From: Candidatus Pyrohabitans jungbluthii
GTDB lineage: Archaea > Hydrothermarchaeota > Hydrothermarchaeia > Hydrothermarchaeales > BMS3B
DNA: 64,000 bases
Assembly: GCA_002010065.2 (NCBI GenBank)
Contig: MTMD02000014.1
Coordinates: forward strand, 4,534 to 68,533
Reading direction: 5' to 3'
Positions 28,004 to 35,855 of the stretch are shown here, one piece after another (position 1 is the first letter of the stretch; each line of letters begins with the position of its first letter). The notes under the pieces are model-generated. The model worked only from the letters and a program-made list of their open reading frames with translations. It had not been told where the DNA came from and did not search any database. The position numbers were made by a program, and so were the translations under genes.

Positions 28004-28943
28004 GATAGGAGAGCTAACAAAGAAGCTTTCTGGGGGAGAGGAGGAAAAGCAGCAGCCCAAGCTGGGAGTAGCTGAGAAAACCCTTGCTCTGCTCCGCGGC
28101 GAAGTTGTGCTGGACGAGCGTAAGCTTGAGGAGCTTCTGAGCGAGTTTGAGATAGCTTTACTGGAGAGCGACATCGCCTTCGATGTGGCGGAGAAGATAA
28201 TCTCTGACCTTAAGCAGAACCTTTACGGAAAGAAGTTCAAGCGCTCTGAGCTTGAGGCTGCAATAAAGGCCTCGCTTGAGCAGAGCCTGAGAGAAATTCT
28301 CGACCTGCCCAGCGTAAGCCTCGAGGAGATGATTCGCAGGAAGAAGGAGAAGCCCTTTGTTATACTCTTCGTAGGGATAAACGGCACTGGCAAGACGACA
28401 ACGATAGCCAAGGTGGCAAAGCGCCTTATGGGCAGGGGTTTTACCTGCGTTTTCGCAGCCAGCGATACCTATCGCGCTGGCGCGATAGAGCAGCTTGAGA
28501 GGCATGCGGAGAAGCTGGGGGTCAAGCTGATTAAGCATGCTCGTGGTGCTGATCCAGCAGCCGTAGCGTATGATGCGATTGAGCATGCGCGCGCAAAGGG
28601 CAAGGATGTGGTGCTCATAGACACTGCGGGCAGGATGGAAACAAATGTTAACCTGCTGGAAGAGATGAAGAAGATCGCACGAGTGGCAAAGCCTGACCTG
28701 GTCATCTTCGTTGGTGATGCGCTCACGGGCAACGCAGCCGTAGAACAGGCGGAGCGCTTCAACAGCGCCGTTAGCATAGACGGGATAATTTTAACCAAGG
28801 CGGATGCCGATGCAAAAGGCGGCGCGGCGATAAGCATCGCTCACACGATTCGCAAGCCGGTGCTCTTCCTGGGCACAGGGCAGAGCTACGACGACCTGGT
28901 TGAGTTCAGCGCAGACTGGCTTATAAGGGAGATTCTGGGGTAG
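27981..28943 (+). CDS. ftsY: Signal recognition particle receptor FtsY
   Basis: The NG domain shows GINGTGKTTTIAKVA, DTYRAGAIEQL, DTAGR, TKADADAKGG and the PVLFLGTGQSYDDL motifs. The start is set at ATG 27981. Confidence 0.9.
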   Translation: MFASLRAKIGELTKKLSGGEEEKQQPKLGVAEKTLALLRGEVVLDERKLEELLSEFEIALLESDIAFDVAEKIISDLKQNLYGKKFKRSELEAAIKASLEQSLREILDLPSVSLEEMIRRKKEKPFVILFVGINGTGKTTTIAKVAKRLMGRGFTCVFAASDTYRAGAIEQLERHAEKLGVKLIKHARGADPAAVAYDAIEHARAKGKDVVLIDTAGRMETNVNLLEEMKKIARVAKPDLVIFVGDALTGNAAVEQAERFNSAVSIDGIILTKADADAKGGAAISIAHTIRKPVLFLGTGQSYDDLVEFSADWLIREILG

Positions 28944-29008
28944 GGTTATTAAAAACCACTATTAACGCTGACTTTGGGGGAGGTGGATTTCCTCAAAGTG
29001 TGGAAGCC

Positions 29009-29287
29009 TCAGCGGGGCGACCTCGAAATTAAACCTGCGACAACAAGTGCGATGCTTGCAGCGCCCGCCAGGCAGGCGAAGAGAAGCAGAAGCACGGCTG
29101 CTATCATCGGCGTGGCAACCTCGCCAGGGTTCTGAAGCGCGACTATGCTCTGAGGCGAGGGGTGAAGGATGCTTCCGTAGAGGGGAAATACGTCCCTGTT
29201 GTTGCTGATAATCTCCAGCGCCTTTTTCAGAGCTGCAAACGAGAAGATAATGAGCACGCCGCCCACCAGGATAAAGCGGCTCCTCAT
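29009..29287 (-). CDS. Hypothetical small two-helix membrane protein
   Basis: MRSRFILVGGVLIIFSFAAL... and the C-terminal AAVLLLLFACLAGAASIALVVAGL are hydrophobic helices. The start is 1 nt after the upstream stop. Confidence 0.4.
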   Translation of the reverse strand: MRSRFILVGGVLIIFSFAALKKALEIISNNRDVFPLYGSILHPSPQSIVALQNPGEVATPMIAAVLLLLFACLAGAASIALVVAGLISRSPR

Positions 29288-29288
29288 C

Positions 29289-29648
29289 TCAGAATACCGG
29301 TGCCACATCGCTGTCCTCGAGCACTTCAATCATCTTGGCGATGTGCTCCGCGAAGCTGTACTCAGGCTCAAAGTCATAGCCAGAAATGAGCAGCTTTTCT
29401 ATTGCTCTGGCGAACCTCTCCGACTCCTGCTCAAGCTGTTCGCGACTCTTGCTCGCGATTATCCTCTCCACCTCGCTAGCCGGAGTTGAGCTGTTATACC
29501 CGAAGATCTCAAGTTTGAGTTTCTCGATAATCTCCTTCACGCGAGGATTTGTAACTTTACGATACTGAAAGCTCCAGTGGTTCTTCAGCTTAACCAGGCG
29601 GCGGAAAGTGGTCTCGTCAAGCTCAATCACCCTGCGCATGGCAACCAC
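29289..29648 (-). CDS. Hypothetical protein with a possible ribbon-helix-helix-like N-terminus
   Basis: RVIELDETTFRRLVKLK resembles the beta-strand/helix start of RHH (CopG/Arc) proteins. The rest is helical and acidic. This is weak, by-eye evidence only. Confidence 0.4.
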   Translation of the reverse strand: MVAMRRVIELDETTFRRLVKLKNHWSFQYRKVTNPRVKEIIEKLKLEIFGYNSSTPASEVERIIASKSREQLEQESERFARAIEKLLISGYDFEPEYSFAEHIAKMIEVLEDSDVAPVF

Positions 29649-30067
29649 TACTCCTGCAGAAGCTCGAGAGAAGAATAGGGGATGCTAACTTCCACAGCTG
29701 CTCTAAAAATTACGGGTACAAGCTCAAATTCCTGCGCCTTTCGCAGAGCACGCCTGCGCAAGCCGAAGAGGGCAGCATCGTTGAGCACTAAGCTAACGGC
29801 GTAGATTACCTTATCTTTCTCTGCCAGCAGGTCAGGTGAGGCTTGGACTCCCCCCTCTTCCTGCAGGCTTGCTATATACTCGAGCAGCGCAGAGAAGCGC
29901 TCTTCTCCAAGCGCGGTGCGCATTTCCTCTGCCTCTTTTTGCGAACCAGGGAAGTTCCACACCTTGAAGCCTGCTCTGCCAAGCACATCGAATGCGACTT
30001 TCTTCCCAATCCCGTGAAGCTCAGCCTCGAGATTGAGGCTTTTCTCGTATTCCTCGATACCTACCAC
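29648..30067 (-). CDS. Hypothetical protein, possibly a degenerate PD-(D/E)xK (restriction-endonuclease-like) fold
   Basis: E..LHG.G...A.DVL...GFKV ... PDLLAEKDKVIYAVSLV resembles the nuclease core topology, but the (D/E)xK element is not evident. Confidence 0.4.
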   Translation of the reverse strand: MVGIEEYEKSLNLEAELHGIGKKVAFDVLGRAGFKVWNFPGSQKEAEEMRTALGEERFSALLEYIASLQEEGGVQASPDLLAEKDKVIYAVSLVLNDAALFGLRRRALRKAQEFELVPVIFRAAVEVSIPYSSLELLQE

Positions 30068-30151
30068 CCTAATTTAATTGTACTCACGAGTATTTCTACT
30101 TACCGTCGGATTTATATAAAACCTCAGCTATAAGTAATTTGAGGTGTCAGA

Positions 30152-30334
30152 ATGCCGATGCTTGGTGGTCAGGAACTTCTCATAATCCTCCTCATAATCC
30201 TGCTTCTCTTCGGTGGGAGCAAGCTGCCAGAGTTAGCGCGCTCTCTGGGTAAGGCGAAGAAGGAGTTCAAGAAGGGAATGGAAGAGGAGGAGAAGGAGGA
30301 GAGCAAAGAAGAGAAGGAGGAGAAAAAAGAGTAG
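30152..30334 (+). CDS. tatA: Twin-arginine translocase subunit TatA/E
   Basis: LLIILLIILLLFGGSKLPELARSLGKAKKEFKKG shows the TM helix, hinge FG and amphipathic helix. An E/K-rich tail follows. Confidence 0.85.
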   Translation: MPMLGGQELLIILLIILLLFGGSKLPELARSLGKAKKEFKKGMEEEEKEESKEEKEEKKE

Positions 30335-30343
30335 GCGAGGCGA

Positions 30344-30637
30344 ATGTTGGGCAACACCGAAATCCTGGTAATACTAATTTTTGCCCTTTTGCTCTTCGGT
30401 CCGCAGAAGCTGCCAGAGCTGGCGCGTTCCCTGGGCAAGGCGGTGGCGGAGTACAAACGCGCAGCCCGCGAGATTGAAGAGGAGGTTAACCGCGAACTTG
30501 CAGGCGTGGAGAAGGAAATTAAAGAGGCAAAGGATGACATCAACCAGCTTAGGGCGATTGCTAAGGATATGAACATTGACCCCATGGATAAAAGCAAAGA
30601 GGAGTTGCTAAAAGAGATAAAAAAGCGCACCTCGTAG
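30344..30637 (+). CDS. tatA: Twin-arginine translocase subunit TatA/E (second tandem copy)
   Basis: ILVILIFALLLFGPQKLPELARSLGKAVAEYKRA has the same architecture. Confidence 0.85.
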   Translation: MLGNTEILVILIFALLLFGPQKLPELARSLGKAVAEYKRAAREIEEEVNRELAGVEKEIKEAKDDINQLRAIAKDMNIDPMDKSKEELLKEIKKRTS

Positions 30638-31378
30638 CTACCGCACTACCCGCCACGCATGGGTGTAGATGTTCATCCTCTTTCCACGCACAAAGCCTAT
30701 GAGGGTTAAGCCGGTGCGCTCCGCCGCTAGGATGCCCGAGAATATTGGCGCTGTACGCGAGGCTATCAACGGCACGCCAACGCGTGCAGCCTTAATCACC
30801 ATATCGCCGGGCATTCTTCCAGAGGTCAGGATGTAGCTGTGCTCGAAGTCTATACCGCGCTCTGCGGCTAAGCCTATTATCTTATCTATCGCCACGTGCC
30901 TGCTCACGTCCTCGACGAGGAGAAACGCATCGCCGCTCACCAGCGCTGCGCTGTGCACCCCGCCTGTGCGTCGCCACACTTCGCTCTGCTCCTGCATCCT
31001 GCGCATGTTCTCAAAAATCTCACCCGCGCTGAACTTTGCCTCTGAGGCGACCTTTATCCCCTCCTCCTTAATTCTGCTGCGCCAGCCGGTTAAGCACTCG
31101 CTGGAGATGTAGCGCTCATAAGCCTCGAGGAAGCTTTCATCCGCGAGTACGCGAATCTCGGCATAGTCAACCTCTATGCTTCTTATCGCTGAGACGCTCT
31201 TAACAAACCCCTCGCCCAGACAGTAGCCTAGGGCGAACTCATGCTCGTGCCCTGGCGATAGCTTTACACTGGCTATAACCTTGCCGTTAATCACCAGGCG
31301 AAGGTCACGCTCCAGCGCAACCTCATCCCATGCCTCTTCGCCGTCCTTCAGCGCCCTGACTTTGATTGATTTTTCCAT
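30638..31378 (-). CDS. fdhD: Formate dehydrogenase accessory sulfurtransferase FdhD
   Basis: GGVHSAAL, ILTSGRMPGDMVIKAARVGVPLIASRTAP and GLTLIGFVRGKRMNIY are FdhD blocks. Confidence 0.9.
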   Translation of the reverse strand: MEKSIKVRALKDGEEAWDEVALERDLRLVINGKVIASVKLSPGHEHEFALGYCLGEGFVKSVSAIRSIEVDYAEIRVLADESFLEAYERYISSECLTGWRSRIKEEGIKVASEAKFSAGEIFENMRRMQEQSEVWRRTGGVHSAALVSGDAFLLVEDVSRHVAIDKIIGLAAERGIDFEHSYILTSGRMPGDMVIKAARVGVPLIASRTAPIFSGILAAERTGLTLIGFVRGKRMNIYTHAWRVVR

Positions 31379-31418
31379 GCTTTATAATTAAGAGCACCGC
31401 AGGATTTATTTTTACTGC

Positions 31419-32306
31419 TCAGATGAGAGGCACGACAAACGCTTTTATGGCGCCGTGAACAAAGAGGAACCTGAGTGTAAGCCCACCCAGCAGCACCAGA
31501 GCAAAGAACGCCGGTAAGGCTGCGGCTTTTCTGGTTATCAGCACATAGCCCAATCCCAGTATGGGGATGATAATCCCAAGAAACATGAGCACTAGCCAGA
31601 ACGCTATTGAGTAGGCGCCGGAGAGTATAGCCGATGCAGACTTCACAGCGATGTCGCCCTGCTCCCCTATTATGAAGAAGTACAGGGGTACCTCTATAGC
31701 CTCGATGAGCAGCAGCACGAGTAGGGCGGCGAGGAAGCCTCTGAGCTTACTGTATTCCTTAACAGAGGCGAGCAGCAGTGTGGCGGCTATGCCTGTGGTT
31801 AGAGCAGATGTAAGGAAGAGTAAAGGAAGTTCGCCGCTATTCCACAGGGGCACGAACCTAGCGCCCTTAAGGAGGAGCCCGGTGTAAAGCGCCGTGGCGA
31901 TGCCAAGGGGCAGCGCTAGCAGCGCAAGCGTCCTTGAGTACCTCTTATCCGTAGCAAGGGAATAGGCAAAGGCGATGGCGACAAGAAGCGTGACCAACAG
32001 AATCCACGCCCCCCTCGCCATCCAGGAGGTGGTAATATTGGTGAAGGTCAGGGGCACAAGCATAGCGCGCAGCATCGCCTTTATTCCAGCGAGGTCGAGT
32101 AGGAGAAGCACAGAGCCGACGATGAGCAGCGGTGGAGCGAGATATGCACCTGCCCTGGCAATCTTAGTCTCTTTGCCCAATAGCAAGGTAACAGCCGCTG
32201 TGATAAGTGCTCCCGAGCCGACGCCGCCAAGGAAGATGTACAGCGCTATCTCCCAGCCCCAGCGCTGGTACCCGGGGAACACCATCACATAGTACGGGAA
32301 CTCCAT
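31419..32306 (-). CDS. NrfD/PsrC-type polytopic membrane anchor subunit of a molybdopterin oxidoreductase
   Basis: It has about eight hydrophobic helices. The N-terminal WGWEIALYIFLGGVGSGA motif is characteristic of the NrfD/PsrC/DmsC family. Confidence 0.85.
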   Translation of the reverse strand: MEFPYYVMVFPGYQRWGWEIALYIFLGGVGSGALITAAVTLLLGKETKIARAGAYLAPPLLIVGSVLLLLDLAGIKAMLRAMLVPLTFTNITTSWMARGAWILLVTLLVAIAFAYSLATDKRYSRTLALLALPLGIATALYTGLLLKGARFVPLWNSGELPLLFLTSALTTGIAATLLLASVKEYSKLRGFLAALLVLLLIEAIEVPLYFFIIGEQGDIAVKSASAILSGAYSIAFWLVLMFLGIIIPILGLGYVLITRKAAALPAFFALVLLGGLTLRFLFVHGAIKAFVVPLI

Positions 32307-32321
32307 GCTTCACGCCTCAAG

Positions 32322-32879
32322 CTAGAAGGTCAGGAAGGTCTTCTCCACACCTCTGCTCATCCTGTACCCAACTCTCTCTCGAAGCTTGGCAGAGATTTCG
32401 TCGGCATCGCCCGCTAACAGGTGCCCTGTGGCGCACACCATGGCACACCTTGGCTTGGGCTCGCGCTGAATCAGCCTGCCCTGCTCATCCTTCTGCTCAT
32501 ATGGCTCAACGCAGAAGGTGCACTTGTCCATCTTGCCCCTGTTTCCAAAGGTGCCCTTCTCGAACTGAGGTGCGCCGAAGGGGCACGCCATTAAGCAGTA
32601 GCCGCACCCTATGCAGGTGTCCTTGTTTACCAGCACTATGCCATCTTCCTTGCGCTTGTATATCGCCTTGGTGGGGCATACGTACATGCACGGGGGCTCA
32701 TTACAGTGCAGACAGGGCATGGGCATGTTTGTCTCCGTGGGCTCGCCCTCGTCGAAGGTTATAACCCTGATCCTGTGCACGCCCTCGGGAGTGCGGTTGT
32801 GCGTCTTGCACACCGCCATGCAACCGCCGCATCTGAGGCAGCGGTTCACATACATATCAAGCAGGAACTTCTTGGGCAT
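32322..32879 (-). CDS. 4Fe-4S ferredoxin-type electron-transfer subunit (PsrB/DmsB/FdnH-like)
   Basis: Four Cys clusters are visible: CLRCGGCMAVC, CLHCNEPPCMYVCP, CIGCGYCLMACP and CTFC...C. Confidence 0.9.
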   Translation of the reverse strand: MPKKFLLDMYVNRCLRCGGCMAVCKTHNRTPEGVHRIRVITFDEGEPTETNMPMPCLHCNEPPCMYVCPTKAIYKRKEDGIVLVNKDTCIGCGYCLMACPFGAPQFEKGTFGNRGKMDKCTFCVEPYEQKDEQGRLIQREPKPRCAMVCATGHLLAGDADEISAKLRERVGYRMSRGVEKTFLTF

Positions 32880-32894
32880 CTTTCTACCTCCTCA

Positions 32895-35684
32895 CTATGC
32901 CTTCGCAAGCCTTTCAATCGCCTCAGGGATAACTCCCGCTTTGGTGACTTCGCACAGCCCTGACTTTGTGGTCTGCATCTGTGTCTCTGGTGCCCAGCCG
33001 GGTGGTGAGATCGTGTTGGCGCACTCACCTATGACGATAGGCTTTGTACCCTCCGGGAAGCGTTGCGTATACTCTACAGTCTCAAACATACCCGCCCAGT
33101 GGAAGGGCAGGAACACTACGCCGGGAGGTACGCGTCGCGTAACCTTCGCCTTGACCTGAATGCGCGAGCGGTAGTGCCCAAGCTCATAGCCGCGGTAGGT
33201 GTGCACCCACACCACGTCGCCATCCTTTATTCCGCGGTCGTTGGCATCCTTGGGGTTTATCTCCACGTACATATCAGGCTGAAGCTCAACCAGTATCGGG
33301 TTGGCGCGTGTCATCGCTCCGCCACCCTGGTGCTCCACCTGCCTGCCAGAGGTGAACACCAGTGGATACGCTTTGTGAATCTCCTTCTCGAAGATGTCCT
33401 GCTCCTGTATGCTCCTTCCCTTCGTCTCTATCCTGAAGTGGGTTTCCCCGTAAACCTTGTCCTCGAAGGTCGGGTACTTCCTGGCAAGCTCTGGGCGAGG
33501 TGTCCAAACTGGCTCGCGGTGCACCGGCACAGGGTCTGGGAGATTCCACGCCCAGAATCGCGCTCTGCCCCTGCCGTAGGGCACTTTGTTTGCGGCGATT
33601 AGCTTCTTGTAGTCGGTGGTGAGGTCGAGCTTCCATCCCGGGCCAGGGGTGCCGTCCGGGTTGAGCTCAGCATGACCGTTGATGCCAGAGAGAAGTGTCT
33701 TTCCGTCTGGCGCTTTTGTTCCCCACTTTGCGCGGAAGTCGTGCCCACCCTCTGCGACGGGTATCTCGTTGCGGTAGAGTATAGGCGTACCCGGGTGCTC
33801 GTCGTTCCAGCATGGCCAGGGCAGACCCCAGTACTCGCCGTCGCATGGACCGCCTTCAGCGCGCAGCGTCTCAATATTAAACACGTAGTCGTACTCCTGC
33901 TGCCTCTTCAGCCGCCAGGTGGACTGCCTCATGGCTATCACACGAGCACCAACGCGGATCTCCTTGTCGTAGATATCCTCAGGAAGCTTCTTGAAGTTCT
34001 TTGTAAACTCCTCCCCGAAGCCCAGCTTATGCGCAAGGGCGATGAGAATTTCCACATCTGGCTTTGAGTCGTAAAGCGGGTCAATCACCTTGTTGCGCCA
34101 CTGCACCTGCCTGGAGGAGTTGGTTACAGTACCGGGGTACTCCCAGTTGGTGCAGGCTGGGAGAAGTATTATGCCGTCGTCGCGCTCAGGAAGCGCGGCT
34201 GCGCTTTCAACGTAGGGGTCGACGATTACCAGCATCTCCAGCTTCTCCAGTGCCTTTTTCACCAAGTACGTACCCGCCTGCGAGGGCGTGCTGTGCCCCC
34301 AGAATATGGCCATCTTTATTGGCGTGGGCTGTCCTATCTTATCGCCCGTCTCTTCAGCAAGCACAAGGTCGCGCCAGCGCGACATCGTCGCACCCTTGGC
34401 CTGCATTAACTCCTTGCTGGCAAACCTGCCCTGAAGCCACTCATAGTCCACTCCCCACACTTTTGCCCAGTGCTTCCACGCACCCTCGCTCAGGCCATAG
34501 TAGCTCGGAAGCGTGTTTGAGAGCACGCCCAAGTCGGTTGCGCCCTGCACATTGTCGTGTCCCCTGAAGGCGTTTACACCGCCTCCGCTCTTGGCGGCGT
34601 TACCTAGGAGAAGCTGAAGTATCGCGAAGGCGCGGATGTTGTGGGTTCCAACCTCGTGCTGCGTCGCCCCCATGGCATACTGGAGCGTTCCCGGCCTATT
34701 CTCGGCAAGGAGTTTTGCCGCCAGTTTTATCTTCTCAGCGGGTACGCCTGTGATTTCCTCAGCCACCTCGGGTGGGTATTGGAGTATAACCTCCTTCACA
34801 TACTCGTAGCCGTGGGTGCGCAGCCGTATAAACTCCTCGTCAACCCAGCCGTTGGTTATCAGCTCATAGCAGATGCCCCACACGAGGGGTATGTCAGTGC
34901 CCGGCCTGAACTGCAGATGCAGGTCGCTCTGCGCCGCGGTACGCGAGAAGCGCGGGTCGGCGCAGATCAGCACTGCTCCGCGCTGCTTCGCCTTGTATAT
35001 GTGGTAGAAGGACACGGGGTGCGCCTCCGCCGGGTTTGAAAAGAAGATTATACTCTTCGCGTGCCTCATGTCATTGAAGTTGTTGGTCTGCGCCCCATAG
35101 CCCCAGGTGTTTCCCAGCCCCGCGACGGTCGTGGAGTGACAAATCCTCGCCTGGTGGTCTATGTTGTTTGAGCCCCAGAAGGCCATGAATTTGCGTTGCA
35201 AGTAGGCAGCTTCGTTGGAGACATGAGCCGAGCCCGCAAAGAAGATAGCGTCGGGGCCATACTTCTCCCGAATCTCCAGCATCTTGTTTGCTATCTCAGT
35301 AAGCGCCTCCTCCCAGGAAATCTTCCTCCATTTCCCGCCTTCCTTTTTCATCGGGTACTTCAAACGTCGATCGTTGTTTATGCTCGCGGGGATGCTCGCT
35401 CCCTTTGAGCACAGCCTTCCCCGGTTTATCGGGTGGTTCTCCCAGGGTTCAATATCCACAAGCTGACCGTTCGCAACCTTCGCCAGAATTCCACAGCCCA
35501 CAGAACAGTGGATGCAAATTGTTTTAATCAGTTCAACCTTCTCTCCACCCTCCTGCGCTGCCACAGGCTCAAAAAGCTCTACACCGCTGTATTTGAAGTA
35601 TTTACCCAGCGTCGCCGCCCCTCCCGCCGCAGCAGCAAGTTTCAAAAAAGAACGTCTTTTCATTTTCATAGCAGACAATGCCAT
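32895..35684 (-). CDS. Tat-exported molybdopterin oxidoreductase catalytic subunit, formate dehydrogenase (FdnG)-like, Cys-type
   Basis: The twin-arginine signal is MKRRSFLKLAAAAGGAA and the N-terminal FeS motif is CIHCSVGCG...C. The active-site block DHQARICHSTTVAGLGNTWGYGAQTNN has Cys-His where selenoprotein FDHs have Sec-His. GHDNVQGATD and TSGRQVEHQGGG are also present. FdhD is encoded in the same operon. Confidence 0.8.
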   Translation of the reverse strand: MALSAMKMKRRSFLKLAAAAGGAATLGKYFKYSGVELFEPVAAQEGGEKVELIKTICIHCSVGCGILAKVANGQLVDIEPWENHPINRGRLCSKGASIPASINNDRRLKYPMKKEGGKWRKISWEEALTEIANKMLEIREKYGPDAIFFAGSAHVSNEAAYLQRKFMAFWGSNNIDHQARICHSTTVAGLGNTWGYGAQTNNFNDMRHAKSIIFFSNPAEAHPVSFYHIYKAKQRGAVLICADPRFSRTAAQSDLHLQFRPGTDIPLVWGICYELITNGWVDEEFIRLRTHGYEYVKEVILQYPPEVAEEITGVPAEKIKLAAKLLAENRPGTLQYAMGATQHEVGTHNIRAFAILQLLLGNAAKSGGGVNAFRGHDNVQGATDLGVLSNTLPSYYGLSEGAWKHWAKVWGVDYEWLQGRFASKELMQAKGATMSRWRDLVLAEETGDKIGQPTPIKMAIFWGHSTPSQAGTYLVKKALEKLEMLVIVDPYVESAAALPERDDGIILLPACTNWEYPGTVTNSSRQVQWRNKVIDPLYDSKPDVEILIALAHKLGFGEEFTKNFKKLPEDIYDKEIRVGARVIAMRQSTWRLKRQQEYDYVFNIETLRAEGGPCDGEYWGLPWPCWNDEHPGTPILYRNEIPVAEGGHDFRAKWGTKAPDGKTLLSGINGHAELNPDGTPGPGWKLDLTTDYKKLIAANKVPYGRGRARFWAWNLPDPVPVHREPVWTPRPELARKYPTFEDKVYGETHFRIETKGRSIQEQDIFEKEIHKAYPLVFTSGRQVEHQGGGAMTRANPILVELQPDMYVEINPKDANDRGIKDGDVVWVHTYRGYELGHYRSRIQVKAKVTRRVPPGVVFLPFHWAGMFETVEYTQRFPEGTKPIVIGECANTISPPGWAPETQMQTTKSGLCEVTKAGVIPEAIERLAKA

Positions 35685-35855
35685 AGCCCATCCTCCTCTA
35701 TTTCTCCCGTAGTATTAACTTGCCGTTATTTTCTATAAAAAATTTTCTGTTTTATTTAAAAATCTCCTCACCCATATATTAAAATTTTAGAAATAGTCCC
35801 AACCGATTTCAGGAAAACCAAAATTTTATTTAATGTGAAATTTAATTACCACTAA

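Noticed and set aside
30169-30630. A 153-aa minus-strand ORF across both tatA genes.
   Set aside because: It is antisense to two clear TatA genes, and its translation is Ser-rich low complexity.
32895-35684. Possible selenocysteine (in-frame TGA) in the formate-dehydrogenase-like catalytic subunit.
   Set aside because: The reading frame is uninterrupted, and the active-site position reads Cys (ARICHSTTV). This is a Cys-type enzyme, and I did not look for a SECIS-like element.
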